A DNA stretch of 64,000 nt from Mobula birostris (taxonomy: Eukaryota): the NCBI RefSeq assembly GCF_030028105.1, contig NC_092393.1:19323825-19387824 (forward strand), in the 5' to 3' direction. Below the pieces are notes generated by a model. The model saw nothing but the letters and a program-made list of their open reading frames with translations. It ran no database searches and was not told where the DNA came from. Below are positions 1 to 10,547 of this stretch, piece after piece; within the stretch, counting starts at the first letter, position 1, and the number at the start of each line of letters is the position of its first letter. Position numbers and translations under genes: made by a program.

Positions 1-421
1 ATCCTGAGTGGGAGTCCGAGGCCCAGGGTCTTTGGCGAGAAGAGGAGACGAAGACAGACTCATGTGGAGCGTCTGGTTGACCACCATGGTTGGTCCCAGG
101 CGGCAGGCCGAGGAGATCAGAGGGGAGCGAATGGTGGAAAGAAGACTCCGTTAATTGAGCTCCAACGGTTGTGCATGAAGTGGTTGAACTCTGATAAGTT
201 TGGCACTTTTTACTTTCCTTTTATATTTTATCTCTATTAATTACATAGTTCCAGTAAGATTTATACAGCGTAATCATTTAATCGCATATGGTGTACTGTC
301 TGTTATTTGGCGGGGTGGGGTATGTCACACAGCATCTACACAAACTGATCACCCAGTTTGGCGGGGCCAAAGGCTAGATGAAAGCGAGCTGAGCGAACCT
401 GAGGTTTACCAGGGGGCTACA
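1..421 (+). mobile_element. 3' part of a probable LTR (Gypsy-type solo LTR), truncated by the window edge
   Basis: Ends in GGGGGCTACA (CA terminus). Shares ordered blocks (GAGCTCCAAC, T-rich tract, GGTGTA..TG..ATTT..GGCG) with the insert at 55284-55979. Confidence 0.45.
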
Positions 422-1244
422 GGGATTAATAGTTAAATGCAGGGAAAGTGCCACTCGTGACTAAGGATTCAAGGACAAGAAAACAGATTGAAAATAATGT
501 TTAGGACTGAGAGGAAGGAAAAATATTCTTCATTAAAAGAGGCTTCATTTCTTCATCAAAATATTCTTCATTTGGAATTCTCTAACTCAGGCAGCTGTGG
601 AAGCTCCATAATGTTCATTCAACACAAAGATCAATACATTTCTACACATTACTATATGGGATAGTGCTGGAAAATTGTATAACGGTCAAAGATCAGCTAC
701 AACTTTGCTCAGTGATAGAACAAGCTCAGTGGGCCCAATGGCCTGCTCTTATTTTTTTAGGGTAAAACCAATCGGCGACTCAAAAGATCAAATGGAGGGA
801 GTGCAGGAGATCCAGCAATTAGCAGATAACTACAGCGTCTCTGGCCTAAGCTTTCATGTCCCACCCCAATGATCACCAAAAGCAGAGGACGATAAGCAGG
901 AAAACTTCTAAGAACTCCTTATCTGAGAAGCTGTTTTGACCACATTCCACAGAATAACTTTGTCATCCTAGTCAACAAGATGTTGAAGAAACTTGCATAT
1001 CAAAAAACAACAAGGCCTCTAGTTTAGACAGTACTCCTACTGAGGTTCAATTAGAACTTAAGTCACAAATCCAGCCTCACCTCCCTCATCTGGGAAGACG
1101 ACGACGATATGCCTTCAAACATGCCACAATTGTGACCACCTTGAAGAACAGAGACAAGCACACTGTGGTACCAATCTGCAGTCTCCCTGCTGTCGGGCAC
1201 AGTGAACGTCATCGCCAGGGTCTTTATTTCTGGTTTTATTTTGT

Positions 1245-1521
1245 TGAGATACAGCACGGAATAAGCTCTTCCAACCCTTTGATCTATGCTGCCCAGTATG
1301 CCCCCAATTTAATCCTAGCCTAATCATGGGACAATTTACAATGACCAATTAACCTACCAACCGATAGGTCTTTGGACTGTGGGAGGAAACTGGAGCACCC
1401 GGAGGAAACCCATGTGGTCACAGGGAGAAGGTACAAACTCCTTACAGGCTGTGGTGAGAATTGAACCTGGGTCACCTGTACTGCAAAGCGTTGTGCTAAC
1501 CACTACACTACTGCGCCACCC
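1245..1521 (-). mobile_element. tRNA-derived V-SINE (HE1/DANA-like)
   Basis: Minus strand: A-box-like TAGTGTAGTGG, B-box GGTTCAATTC, then V-domain TGGGTTTCCTCCGGGTGCTCCAGTTTCCTCCCACAGTCCAAAGAC. Confidence 0.85.
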
Positions 1522-1717
1522 TCAGGTCCTCTGAAAATAACTTCCTCCCTATAGAGAAGAGCTGCTCCCCACATCGTAGGCTGCCTTCCATTCATTAAGG
1601 GGCATAAAAAAAGCATGATCTTCACTGCCCGACAACTCCAAGAGAAATGCATTGTCCACTATACATTGCCTTTTGTGACTTTACAAAAGCCTTTGGCTCT
1701 GGTCACCATGGAGGAAC

Positions 1718-1933
1718 AGCCGGCTGGTGGCGTAGTGGCATCAGTGCCAGACTTCAGCGCAAAGGCTCCCGAGTTTGAATCCAGCCAGCTCCCTTGCACG
1801 CCTTCCATCTGGCTGGGTTGAGCACCGAGCTAGCAACTCAGCCTCGTCAAAATAAGAAAGCCTGCTAAAAACAAAAAATCCGTCATGACGGCGTCCTAAT
1901 GACTCCACTCGGAGTTAAGGGCTTTCTTCTTCT
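1718..1933 (+). mobile_element. tRNA-derived SINE with (TTC)n tail
   Basis: A-box TGGCGTAGTGG and B-box-like GAGTTTGAATCC. Exact 13-bp TSD ACCATGGAGGAAC at 1705-1717 and 1934-1946. Confidence 0.85.
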
Positions 1934-2611
1934 ACCATGGAGGAACTATTTAAAAACAAAATCTTTCTCAAATTTGGCTGCACCCCAAAACTCAATGCCA
2001 TTCAAGTCGTATATGAAAGCAAGCAAACTTTGATTCTGGATAATGGATCCAGCATAAACCCACCCCAGGGCAGTGCGGGATCAAGCAGGGCCTGTTTTAT
2101 TGTTCCAACCCCTCTCTCAGTCAATATTGTCCCTTGTATCTTGTAAACTTCTCACTGGGAGGAGCTAAACTTAGCGGAGGAATGGAAAATAGTTCAAATT
2201 CAATCCTGTAAACTCCAAATCTGGCCATTGAGCTGCAACATAAGGATAACATTAACACTTTTGAAACGTTTTCAAGTCTTCTAAAACAATAGGCCTATGT
2301 GGAACAATAACAAGCAACTAAAGTTCCTCCAGCAACATATCCCTACCGTATAACATTACACACACAAAATAAAAGATATACAATTAGACTGGAAAACATT
2401 AACTATTTTCCACGTACAAAATGTTGGAGGAAATCACATTAGGCAGCATCCATGGAAATGCACAGTCGACGATTCCCTGATATTGCCTGACCTCCTGAGT
2501 TCCTCCATCATTTTGTGTGTGTTGCTTTGGACTTCAATCATCGGCAGAATTCCACCTGTTTACAACCATTTTCCATATTTTGGGTGCTGACTCTGAGTGA
2601 GAACAGCCAGT

Positions 2612-2705
2612 CTTTGGCTGTCTGTGAAAACTGAAGGTCAAGGCCTCCAGTCAAGCACCTCCCCTGCTGGAGGTCTTGAGCTTCAGTTTTCACAGACAGC
2701 CAAAG
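2612..2705. repeat. Inverted repeat: 39-bp arms, 16-nt loop
   Basis: 2612-2650 matches the reverse complement of 2667-2705 at 37/39 positions. Confidence 0.95.
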
Positions 2706-2901
2706 TTAGGTGGAGTTTTTGTTTCATTCTTCAACCCTCTAAACAACTGGTGAACCCGCAAAGCTGACAGGCAACTTGATGCCGCGAACTTGTGATCGCC
2801 ATTCAGGAATTTGTCTGGAGATTCTTAAAAAGACATTAAGCGTAAGTCATCAAAGTTGCTGGTGAACGCAGCAGGCCAGGCAGCATCTCTAGGAAGAGGT
2901 A

Positions 2902-2939
2902 CAGTCGACGTTTCAGGCCAAGACCCTTCGTCAGGACTA
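2902..2939 (-). ncRNA. Minimal type I hammerhead ribozyme (PLE pLTR)
   Basis: Minus strand: TAGTC CTGACGA A GGGTCTTGGCCT GAAA CGTC GACTG. Intact CUGANGA/GAAA core, stems I and II, GUC cleavage triplet. Confidence 0.8.
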
Positions 2940-3418
2940 ACTGAAAGAAGAGCTAGTAAGAGATTTGAAAGTGGGAGGGGGAGGGGGAGATCCAAAATGA
3001 TAGGAGAAGACAGGAGGGGGAGGGATGGAGCCAAGAGCTGGACAGTTGATTGGCAAAAGGGATATGAGAGGATCATGGGACAGGAGGTCCGGGAAGAAAG
3101 ACAAGGGCAGGGGGGACCCAGAGGATGGGCAAGGGGTATAGTGAGAGGGACAGAGGGAGAAAAAGGAGAGAGAGAGAGAATGTGTGTATATAAATAAATA
3201 ACGGATGGAGTACGAGGGGGAGGTGGGGCATTAGCGGAAGTTAGAGAAGTCGATGTTCATGCCATCAGGTTGGAGGCTACCCAGACGGAATATAAGGTGT
3301 TGTTCCTCCAACCTGAGTGTGGCTTCATCTTGACAGTAGAGGAGGCCATGGATAGACTTACCAGAATGGATATTCTCCCCCTCCCACTTTCAAATCTCTT
3401 ACTAGCTCTTCCTTCAGT

Positions 3419-3456
3419 TAGTCCTGACGAAGGGTCTCGGCCTGAAACGTCGACTG
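3419..3456 (+). ncRNA. Minimal type I hammerhead ribozyme (PLE pLTR)
   Basis: TAGTC CTGACGA A GGGTCTCGGCCT GAAA CGTC GACTG; intact core. Confidence 0.8.
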
Positions 3457-3720
3457 TACCTCTTCCTAGAGATGCTGCCTGGCCTGCTGCGTTCACCAGC
3501 AACTTTGATGTGTGTTGCTTGAACTTGCAGCATCTGCAGAATTCCTGTTGTTTATGAAGCGTAAGTTAATTGTTTTCCAGATCCCAAGCTCGACACCCAA
3601 TGCTCAATGATAATAAATCATTTCATAACTCGTTCACGATGCTGTGTCCCGCACTGCCCATGTTCAGTCCTAGTGAACCCGACATCTCGGGCCGACAGCG
3701 TGTCCTGGTGCGCAACTCAC

Positions 3721-3888
3721 CGCCGCCCCGCATCGTGTCCTTGCTGCCCGCACCGCCGGGTAATTACAACGCCGGTCCGTGACACGCCTGGAGAACGAGG
3801 TCGCCCCGGCCACCTCGCACCAAACTTCCCGGCCGAGCCCTCGAGAAAGAGCAGCAGCTCGCCTGCACAGACGCACCGACAGCGCCAT
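3721..3888 (-). CDS. SCO1: Exon 1 of a mitochondrially targeted protein, probably cytochrome c oxidase assembly protein SCO1 (remainder lies left of the window)
   Basis: CpG-rich island. ATG at 3888 gives 56 aa (MALSVRLCRRAAALSRGLGRE...RAARTRCGAA), Arg/Ala-rich like a presequence, ending at a consensus donor G|GTGAGT (3720-3715). The symbol rests only on known vertebrate SCO1-ADPRM-TMEM220 synteny; no conserved SCO domain is in view. Confidence 0.55.
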
Positions 3889-5674
3889 CGAAAGCGCTGT
3901 CTGACCTTCGCTTAATACATCCGGTAAGAAAGCGAGTCCCCGCCTCCACATCATGGATCTGAGCTGAGCTCGCCCAGTAACACGGGCGGCAGCGCTCAGA
4001 TGTTTACTGCCCCGATCACTCTACCCTCCTGTCGGCAGCACAGACTTTCTCGGAGAATTTGTGGATATTGCTATTGCAAATTAAATTCCCAGACCATAAA
4101 ACACACCACAACAGACGGTAAATGCAACACCGCTAAACATTATGCTCATACTTAACACAGCTATTGACTGTAAATGCAACGCTTAATATGAATTCTCCGA
4201 AACATGACTGAAATGCGGGTGTAGATCTCCCGTTGGGTCCAGTGGGGAACCACTCATATTTTCAAAACTACCGAATTAAATCAAATTGTTTTTCTGTTCT
4301 GGGTTAACCACAAATCGCATTTAGACATAAACATATTTAGGCACCAATTATACCTCGTTTTGTTTTGAACAAAAAAATCTCAGCCTGCTGGCTTAGGCAC
4401 AAGTATTGTGGTAACAAGTCTCCCTTCAGTATCCTTAGCAATTACGATAAAGTTCAAAAACATAATTTCTTTGTTTTATTCCCATTCTTTTGATAATACA
4501 ACAAATTGAAGGAAATGGAGAAAACGAGGTTTATGGGAAATGATTTGATCATTGGATTCATATTTATTCAATAAATATAGCGAGGTCTTGCATTCCCCTC
4601 AGTTTCCTGTCATCATCTCTTAATTATTGACGCGTTCCATTTTCTTTAAATTAGCAATTCCAGAATCACACTGTATTGGTTGTGGTGAGGGATGTAGAGG
4701 TCACAGGTAAAACAGATGCTTTCCTCTAAAAGTTCGACTATTTCTAGTAATAGAATCTCCTTTATAGAATCTTAAATTTGAGATTTTTTTACTGTTTCTC
4801 TCTGGACTGACAGCATTGAAGCCAATTGTACCAATATGATTGAGTTGAGTGAGGAATGCGTATACAATATATATTGCAAAATTGGAAATAAAGGTAACCA
4901 GAAATCAAAATGCCCAAGAAACCTTTAATTGTTCAATGTGATGCATATCAAAGTTCCATTATACCCAAACAGGCTAGGAATAAGAGCCAACTAATCCCCA
5001 AAATAGCTACAGTATGTCCAGAAATGACCGTAACCTACCAATTAATTCATGGGATACCATTAACAAACTAACACGCCGAAAAAAAGCTTCCACCAATCCA
5101 CCTATTAACCAAGTAATTATGAGATTATTCATCATCTTACCATTCATAAATGTTGCTATTATTAACTCACTATTCTCAGAAATAATTTCTAGTTTTCTCC
5201 TTTCACCACGAATAGCCATAAAATATTTTCGTTCTGGGTATAGTCAGTTAACGTCCCAGACATAACTGCAGGAACCAGACACCACCAGAAGCCGTTATTA
5301 TCAATTCCCAGTTAAACAAAAAACACAAACCAGAAACAATTCATACAGGAAATCAGGAAGTATCTATGGAGGGGAATAAACAATCAACGTTTTGGGCCGG
5401 GATCCTCCAATCACCATCTTGTGTGAGTTGCCTAAGATTTCCAGCATCTCCAGAATCCCTTGTATTTATAACCAGAAACAATTACTCGTTGCCGTCTATC
5501 ATATGAGATAATCATTAGTCATGCATTCCCAGAAGTGGCGTTCAATCAATAATTGAACGCAAAAATTACCATAGGCAAAAAAAACAGTGAATCTTAATTC
5601 ACAGAAATGCACGTAGAAACAGGCAAAGGAAAACACAATGTTATTCGCAGGAACCCCCCCCCCCCCCCCATCTA

Positions 5675-5765
5675 CACCCGGAAGTAAGGAGCGGGCTCCA
5701 GTTGGACTCAGAGAGATACGGCAGATACTGACGTCACACGTTACGTAGACTGGTGCCGGAAGTGA
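5675..5765 (+). promoter_or_regulatory. ADPRM promoter: two ETS/GABP sites flanking a full CRE
   Basis: CCGGAAGT at ~5678-5685 and ~5756-5763, TGACGTCA at ~5729-5736, and TTACGT nearby. CpG-containing, no TATA box, directly upstream of a consensus donor. Confidence 0.7.
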
Positions 5766-5805
5766 CTCTGACTGGGAGGCGAATGGTGTCTCGGGCGAGC
5801 TCCAG
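5766..5805 (+). other. ADPRM: ADPRM first (leader) exon; 5' end uncertain; contains an in-frame ATG at 5783
   Basis: Perfect donor CAG|GTGAGT at 5805/5806 just downstream of the ETS/CRE cluster. The next exon has an acceptor at 10513/10514. Confidence 0.65.
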
Positions 5806-6174
5806 GTGAGTGAAGCGGGTCGGCTTTATCCTGCTGTATCAGGTGACCATGGAGTTAGGCCTCAGACATGCTGTCTGCGGCAGAGAGGGGGCTGCTGTCT
5901 CCCCTCCTTCCCCAGCCAGAGTGGGGATGACTGGGTAACCCTATTTCCCACCAGCCCGGGGACCACAAGGCTGAGAGTGGGTGGAATGGGTGGAACTGTC
6001 TGCAAAAGCTGCACTGCTTGCTGGCTTCAGATGCTAGCACCTATTTACTGAGTAAATTGTTACACAATGACTGTTGTTTCATGAACACAAAATACTCTGC
6101 AGATGTTGGGGTCAAAGCAACACCCACAACACGCTGGAGGAACTCAGCAGGTCGGGCAGCATCCGTGGAAATGA

Positions 6175-6214
6175 TCAGTCAACGTTTCGGGCCGGAACCC
6201 TTCCTCAGGACTGA
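6175..6214 (-). ncRNA. Minimal type I hammerhead ribozyme (family B pLTR)
   Basis: Minus strand: TCAGTC CTGAGGA A GGGTTCCGGCCC GAAA CGTT GACTGA. 6-bp stem I, intact core, GUU triplet. Confidence 0.75.
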
Positions 6215-6650
6215 GGAGGGATGGGGCAGAGGCCCTATAAAGAAGGAAGGTGCTCCCAGGATGAGGCTTTCCGTTCCAGGACATCTTAAATGTCCTCTTT
6301 CTTTAAGGATCGTGGTTTCCCTTCTGCCGTCATCAATGATGCCCTCACCCGCATCTCCTCCATTTCCCGTACTTCGGCCATTCCTCCCGCCACCACAACA
6401 GGGACAGAGTTCCTCTGGTCCTCACCTACCACCACACCACGAAACACATCTTTTCCTCTCCACCCCTGTCCGCTTTCCGCAGGGATCGTTCTCTCTGCGA
6501 CTCCCTGATCCACACGGCCCTCCCCACAGATTTCCCACCCGGCTCTTATCCCTGTAAGCGTAAATGCTACACCTGTCCCTACATCTCCTCTCTTGCCACC
6601 ATTCACGGCCCCAAACAGTCCTTCCAGATGAGGCAACACTTCACTTGTGA

Positions 6651-8951
6651 CACACAACAAAGTTGCTGGTGAACGCAGCAGGCCAGGCAGCATCTCTAGG
6701 AAGAGGTACAGTCGACGTTTCAGGCCGAGACCCTTCGTCAAGACTAACTGAAGGAAGAGCTAGTAAGGGATTTGAAAGTGGGAGGGGGAGATCCAAAATG
6801 ATAGGAGAAGACAGGAGGGGGAGGGATGGAGCCAAGAGCTGGACAGGTGATTGGCAAAAAGGATATGAGAGGATCATGGGGCAGGAGGCCCAGAGAGAAG
6901 GAAAAGGGGGAGGGGGGAAAAACCCAGAGGATGGGCAAGGGGTATAGTCAGAGGGACAGAGGGAGAAAAAGGAGAGTGAGAGAAAGAATGTGTGTATAAA
7001 AATAAATAACGGATGGGGTATGAGGGGGAGGTGGGGCATTAGCGGAAGTTAGAGAAGTCGATGTTCATGCCATCAGGTTGGAGGCTACCCAGACGAAATA
7101 TAAGGTGTTGTTCCTCCAACCTGAGTGTGGCTTCATCTTTACAGTAGAGGAGGCTATGGATAGACATGTCAGAATGGGAATGGGATGTGGAATTAAAATG
7201 TGTGGCCACTGGGAGATCCTGCTTTCTCTGGCGGACAGAGTGTAGGTGTTCAGCAAAACGATCTCCCAGTCTGCGTCGGGTCTCGCCAATATATAGAAGG
7301 CCACATGGGGAGCACCGGATGTAGTATATCACCCCAGCCGGCTCACAGATGAAGTGTCGCCTCACCTGGAAGGACTGACTGGGGCCCTGAATGGTGGTCA
7401 GGGAGGAAGTGTAAGGGCATGTGTAGCATTTGTTCCACTTACAAGGATAAGTGCCAGGAGGGAGATCAGTGGGGAGGGATGGGGGGGGAACGAATGGACA
7501 AGGGAGCCACATAGGGAACGATCCCTGCAGAAAGCAGAGGGGGGGAGGGAAAGATGTGCTTAGTTGTGGGATCCCGTTGGAGGTGGCGGAAGTTACGGAG
7601 AATAATATGTTGGGCCTGGAGGCTGGTGGGGTGGTAGGTGAGGACCAGGGGAACCCTATTCCTAGTGGGGTGGCGGGAGGATGGAGTGAGAGCAGATGTG
7701 CATGAAATGGGGGAGGTGCGTTTGAGAGCAGAGCTGATGGTGGAGGAAGGGAAGCCCCTTTCTTTAAAAAAAGGAGGACCTCTCCCTTGTCCTGGAATGA
7801 AAAGCCTCACCCTGAGAGCAGATGCGGCGGAGACAGAGGAATTGCGAGAAGGGGATGGCATTTTTGCAAGAGACAGGGTGAGAAGAAGAATAGTCCAGAT
7901 AGCTGTGAGAGTCAGTAGGCTTATAGTAGATATCAGTAGATAAGCTGTCTCCAGAAATAGAGACAGAAAGATCTAGAAAGGGGAGGGAGGTGTCAGAAAT
8001 GGACCAGGTAAACTTGAGGGCAGGGTGAAAGTTGGAGGCAAAGTTAATAAAGTCAACGAGCTCAGCACACGTGCAGGAAGCAGCGCCAATGCAGTCATCG
8101 ATGTAGCGAAGGAAAAGTGGGGGACGGATACCAGAATAGGTTTGGAATATAGATTGTTCCACAAAGCCAACAAAAAGGCAGGCCATACGGACCCATACGG
8201 GTGCCCATAGCTACACCTTTAGTTTGGAGGAAATGGGAGGAGCCAAAGGAGAAATTATTAAGAGTAAGGACTAATTCCGCTAGACGGGACAAGTGCTGGT
8301 AGAGGGGAACTGATTAGATCTGGAATCCAAAAATAAGCGTAGAGCTTTGAGACCTTCCTGATGGGGATGGAAGTATATAGGAACTGGACATCCATGGTGA
8401 AAATAAAGTGGTGGGGGCCAGGGAAGTTAAAATCATCGAAAAGTTTAAGAGCGTGAGAAGTGTCACGAACATAGGTAGGAAGGGATTGAACAAGGGGGGA
8501 TAAAACCGTGTCGAGGTATGCAGAAACGAGTTCGGTGGGGCAGGAGCAAGCTGAGACAATAGGTCTGCCAGAACAGGCAGGTTTGTGGATCTTGGGTAGG
8601 AGGTAGAAACAGGAACTGCGAGGTGTGGGAACTATAAGGTTGGTAGCAGTGGATGGGAGATCCCCTGAGCGGATAAAGTCCCCTGAGTGATGGTGTGGGA
8701 GACAATGGCCTGATGCTCCTTAGTGGGGTTACGATCGAGGGGTAAACAGTAGGAGGGATCCGCAAGTTGTCACTATGCCTCGGCAAGGTAGAGGTCAGTA
8801 TGCCAGACTACAACAGCACCCCGCCCCCCCCCGCCTAGTCGAATGTACTTGCTCCTAGAGATGCTGCCTGGCCTGCTGCATTCAGCAGCAACTTTGATGT
8901 GTGTTGCTTGAATTTCCAGCATCTGCGGAATTCCTTGTGTTTGCATTTTTG
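6651..8951 (-). mobile_element. Penelope-like element (family A), 5'-truncated, RT + GIY-YIG, frameshifted
   Basis: RT motifs NNFSFGSSHFLQTKGVAMGTRMGP and FLRYIDDCIG; GIY-YIG GVIYYIRCSPCGLLYIGETRRRLGDRFAEH. Inverted pLTR tail at 8838-~8945. Exact 13-bp TSD ACTTCACTTGTGA at 6638-6650 and 8952-8964. Confidence 0.95.
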
Positions 8952-10547
8952 ACTTCACTTGTGAGTCTATTGGGGTCATCTATTGCATCCAGTTCACCCG
9001 GTGCAGCCTCCTCTACATCGGTGAAACCCGACGCAGATTGGGGGACCACTTCGTCGAGCACTTCCGCTCCGTCCGCCACAACAGACAGGATCTCCCGGTA
9101 GCCACCCACCTCAACTCTGCTTCCCATTCCCATTCAGATATGTCCATACATGGCCTCCTCTACTGCCATGATGAGGCTAAGCTCAGGTTGGAGGAGCAAC
9201 ACCTCATATACCGTCTAGGTAGTCTCCAGCCCCTTGGTATGAACATAGAATTCTCCAACTTCCGGTAATTCCCTCCCCCTCCCCTCCCCTATCCTTATTT
9301 CACTCTTCCCCCTCCCCCAGCTGCCTATCACCTCCCTCATGGTTCTGCCTCCTTCTACTACCCATTGTGTTTTCCCCTATTCCTTCCTCACCTTTCCTGC
9401 CTATCGTCTCCCTGCTTCCCCTCCCCCACCTCTTTATCTTTCCCCTTACTGGTTTTTCACCTGGAACCTACCAGCCTTCTCCTTCCCACCCTCCCCCCAC
9501 CTTCTTTATAGGGCCTCTGCCCCCTCCCTCTTCAGTCCTGACGGAGGGTTCTGGCCCGAAACGTTGACTGATCGTTTCCACAGATGCTGCCCGACCTGCT
9601 GAGTTCCTCCAGCGTGTTGTGACTGTTGATTCATACAATGGCTAATGTTAAGATAAATCATAATCATACAACACAGAATCGGGACCACTCAGTAGTGCCA
9701 CTCCTACCCTAACCCATTTTACTTTTCCCCTGAGGTTCTATCACTCACCTATATAACAGGACAACTCTTAAAGAGCAAAAGCAAATCGAGGAAATAGCTG
9801 GGATCCGCTTCATTTCTTTGGGACAGGAAAATGTAACGTATCACTTTTGTGCATGTCGTGTGGCTATTAAATACGACACTGTGGCTAGAGTGAAGAGTTT
9901 AGAAATAGCATACTCAAAATGCTGGAGAACTCAGCAGGCCAAGCAGCATCTATGGAAAAGATAAACAGTCAATATTTATTCTAATTTTAAATAGTTCGTC
10001 ATATTTAAATTGGAATAGCATATGAAACTGCATGGCAGTAGTGGAAGGTGAACATAATGTTGTGATTGGTTTGCAGAGACAACTTTAAAATGAAGATACC
10101 ATGCAATAATTTATTCTGTATTTCATTTAAATATACAATTTATTACTCTGTTAAACGGTACCTTATACCTTTTCAACTCTTTCCATGAAACTTTTGCTGT
10201 TTGGGGCAGCCACTTAATTGGGCCAAAACATACTGGTCCCTATTAACCAGAATCCAAAATTTGTATAAGTACACTTTTTTAAAAAAAATTGCCGTAACAA
10301 ATTTGACATTTCTTCCCCAAGGCAACAGTGGCTGCATTTTTACAATTTCTCAGAGCAGTGTTTTGGTTCTGCCTAATATATCACAAAGGTCTTGAAAGGA
10401 TCACATAATGAACAGAAATCCATGTAATCCAGACTGCTGTGACCTTACACGAGAGTTGATACCTTCATTGATGTTCAATCCAAATCACTATTTGCACTGT
10501 ATGTTTTTTTTAGGTGGTGGACGTGTGGAAGTGAAGTACTAAAGATA

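Larger units (their letters stand above)
1000..2650 (+). mobile_element. Decayed RTE-clade LINE (reverse transcriptase remnant), interrupted by two SINEs and a PLE remnant
   Basis: RTE-type RT peptides in order: IWEDDDMP, SLLSGTVNVIAR, MIFTARQLQEKC (1615), KFGCTPK. Many stops and frameshifts. Confidence 0.7.
2848..3556 (-). mobile_element. Truncated Penelope-like element (family A) with inverted pseudo-LTR
   Basis: Minus-strand GIY-YIG C-terminus (EATLRLEEQHLIFRLGSLQPDGMNIDFSNFR) plus pLTR. Inverted pLTR copy at ~3375-3556. Exact 10-bp TSD AAGCGTAAGT at 2838-2847 and 3557-3566. Confidence 0.9.
6083..9619 (+). mobile_element. Penelope-like element (family B) with inverted 5' pLTR, split by a nested family A copy
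   Basis: Inverted pLTR at 6083-~6248. RT C-terminus at ~6250-6650, resuming at 8965 with the GIY-YIG region (GVIYCI..LLYIGETRRRLGDHFVEH) and pLTR. TSD TGACTGTTG(T/A)TTCAT at 6068-6082 and 9620-9634 (14/15). Confidence 0.9.

Noticed and set aside
1115-1348. GWKSLF peptide resembling the SCO1 exon 2 motif (WKSL)
   Set aside because: It lies in the V-SINE tail, with no matching transmembrane segment or supporting splice sites.
2856-3502. Repeated ORFs beginning MLVNAAGQAASLGRGTVDVSG (also at 6663) that look like a small gene family
   Set aside because: They are antisense translations of the PLE pseudo-LTR and ribozyme, with a non-ATG start and no conserved length.
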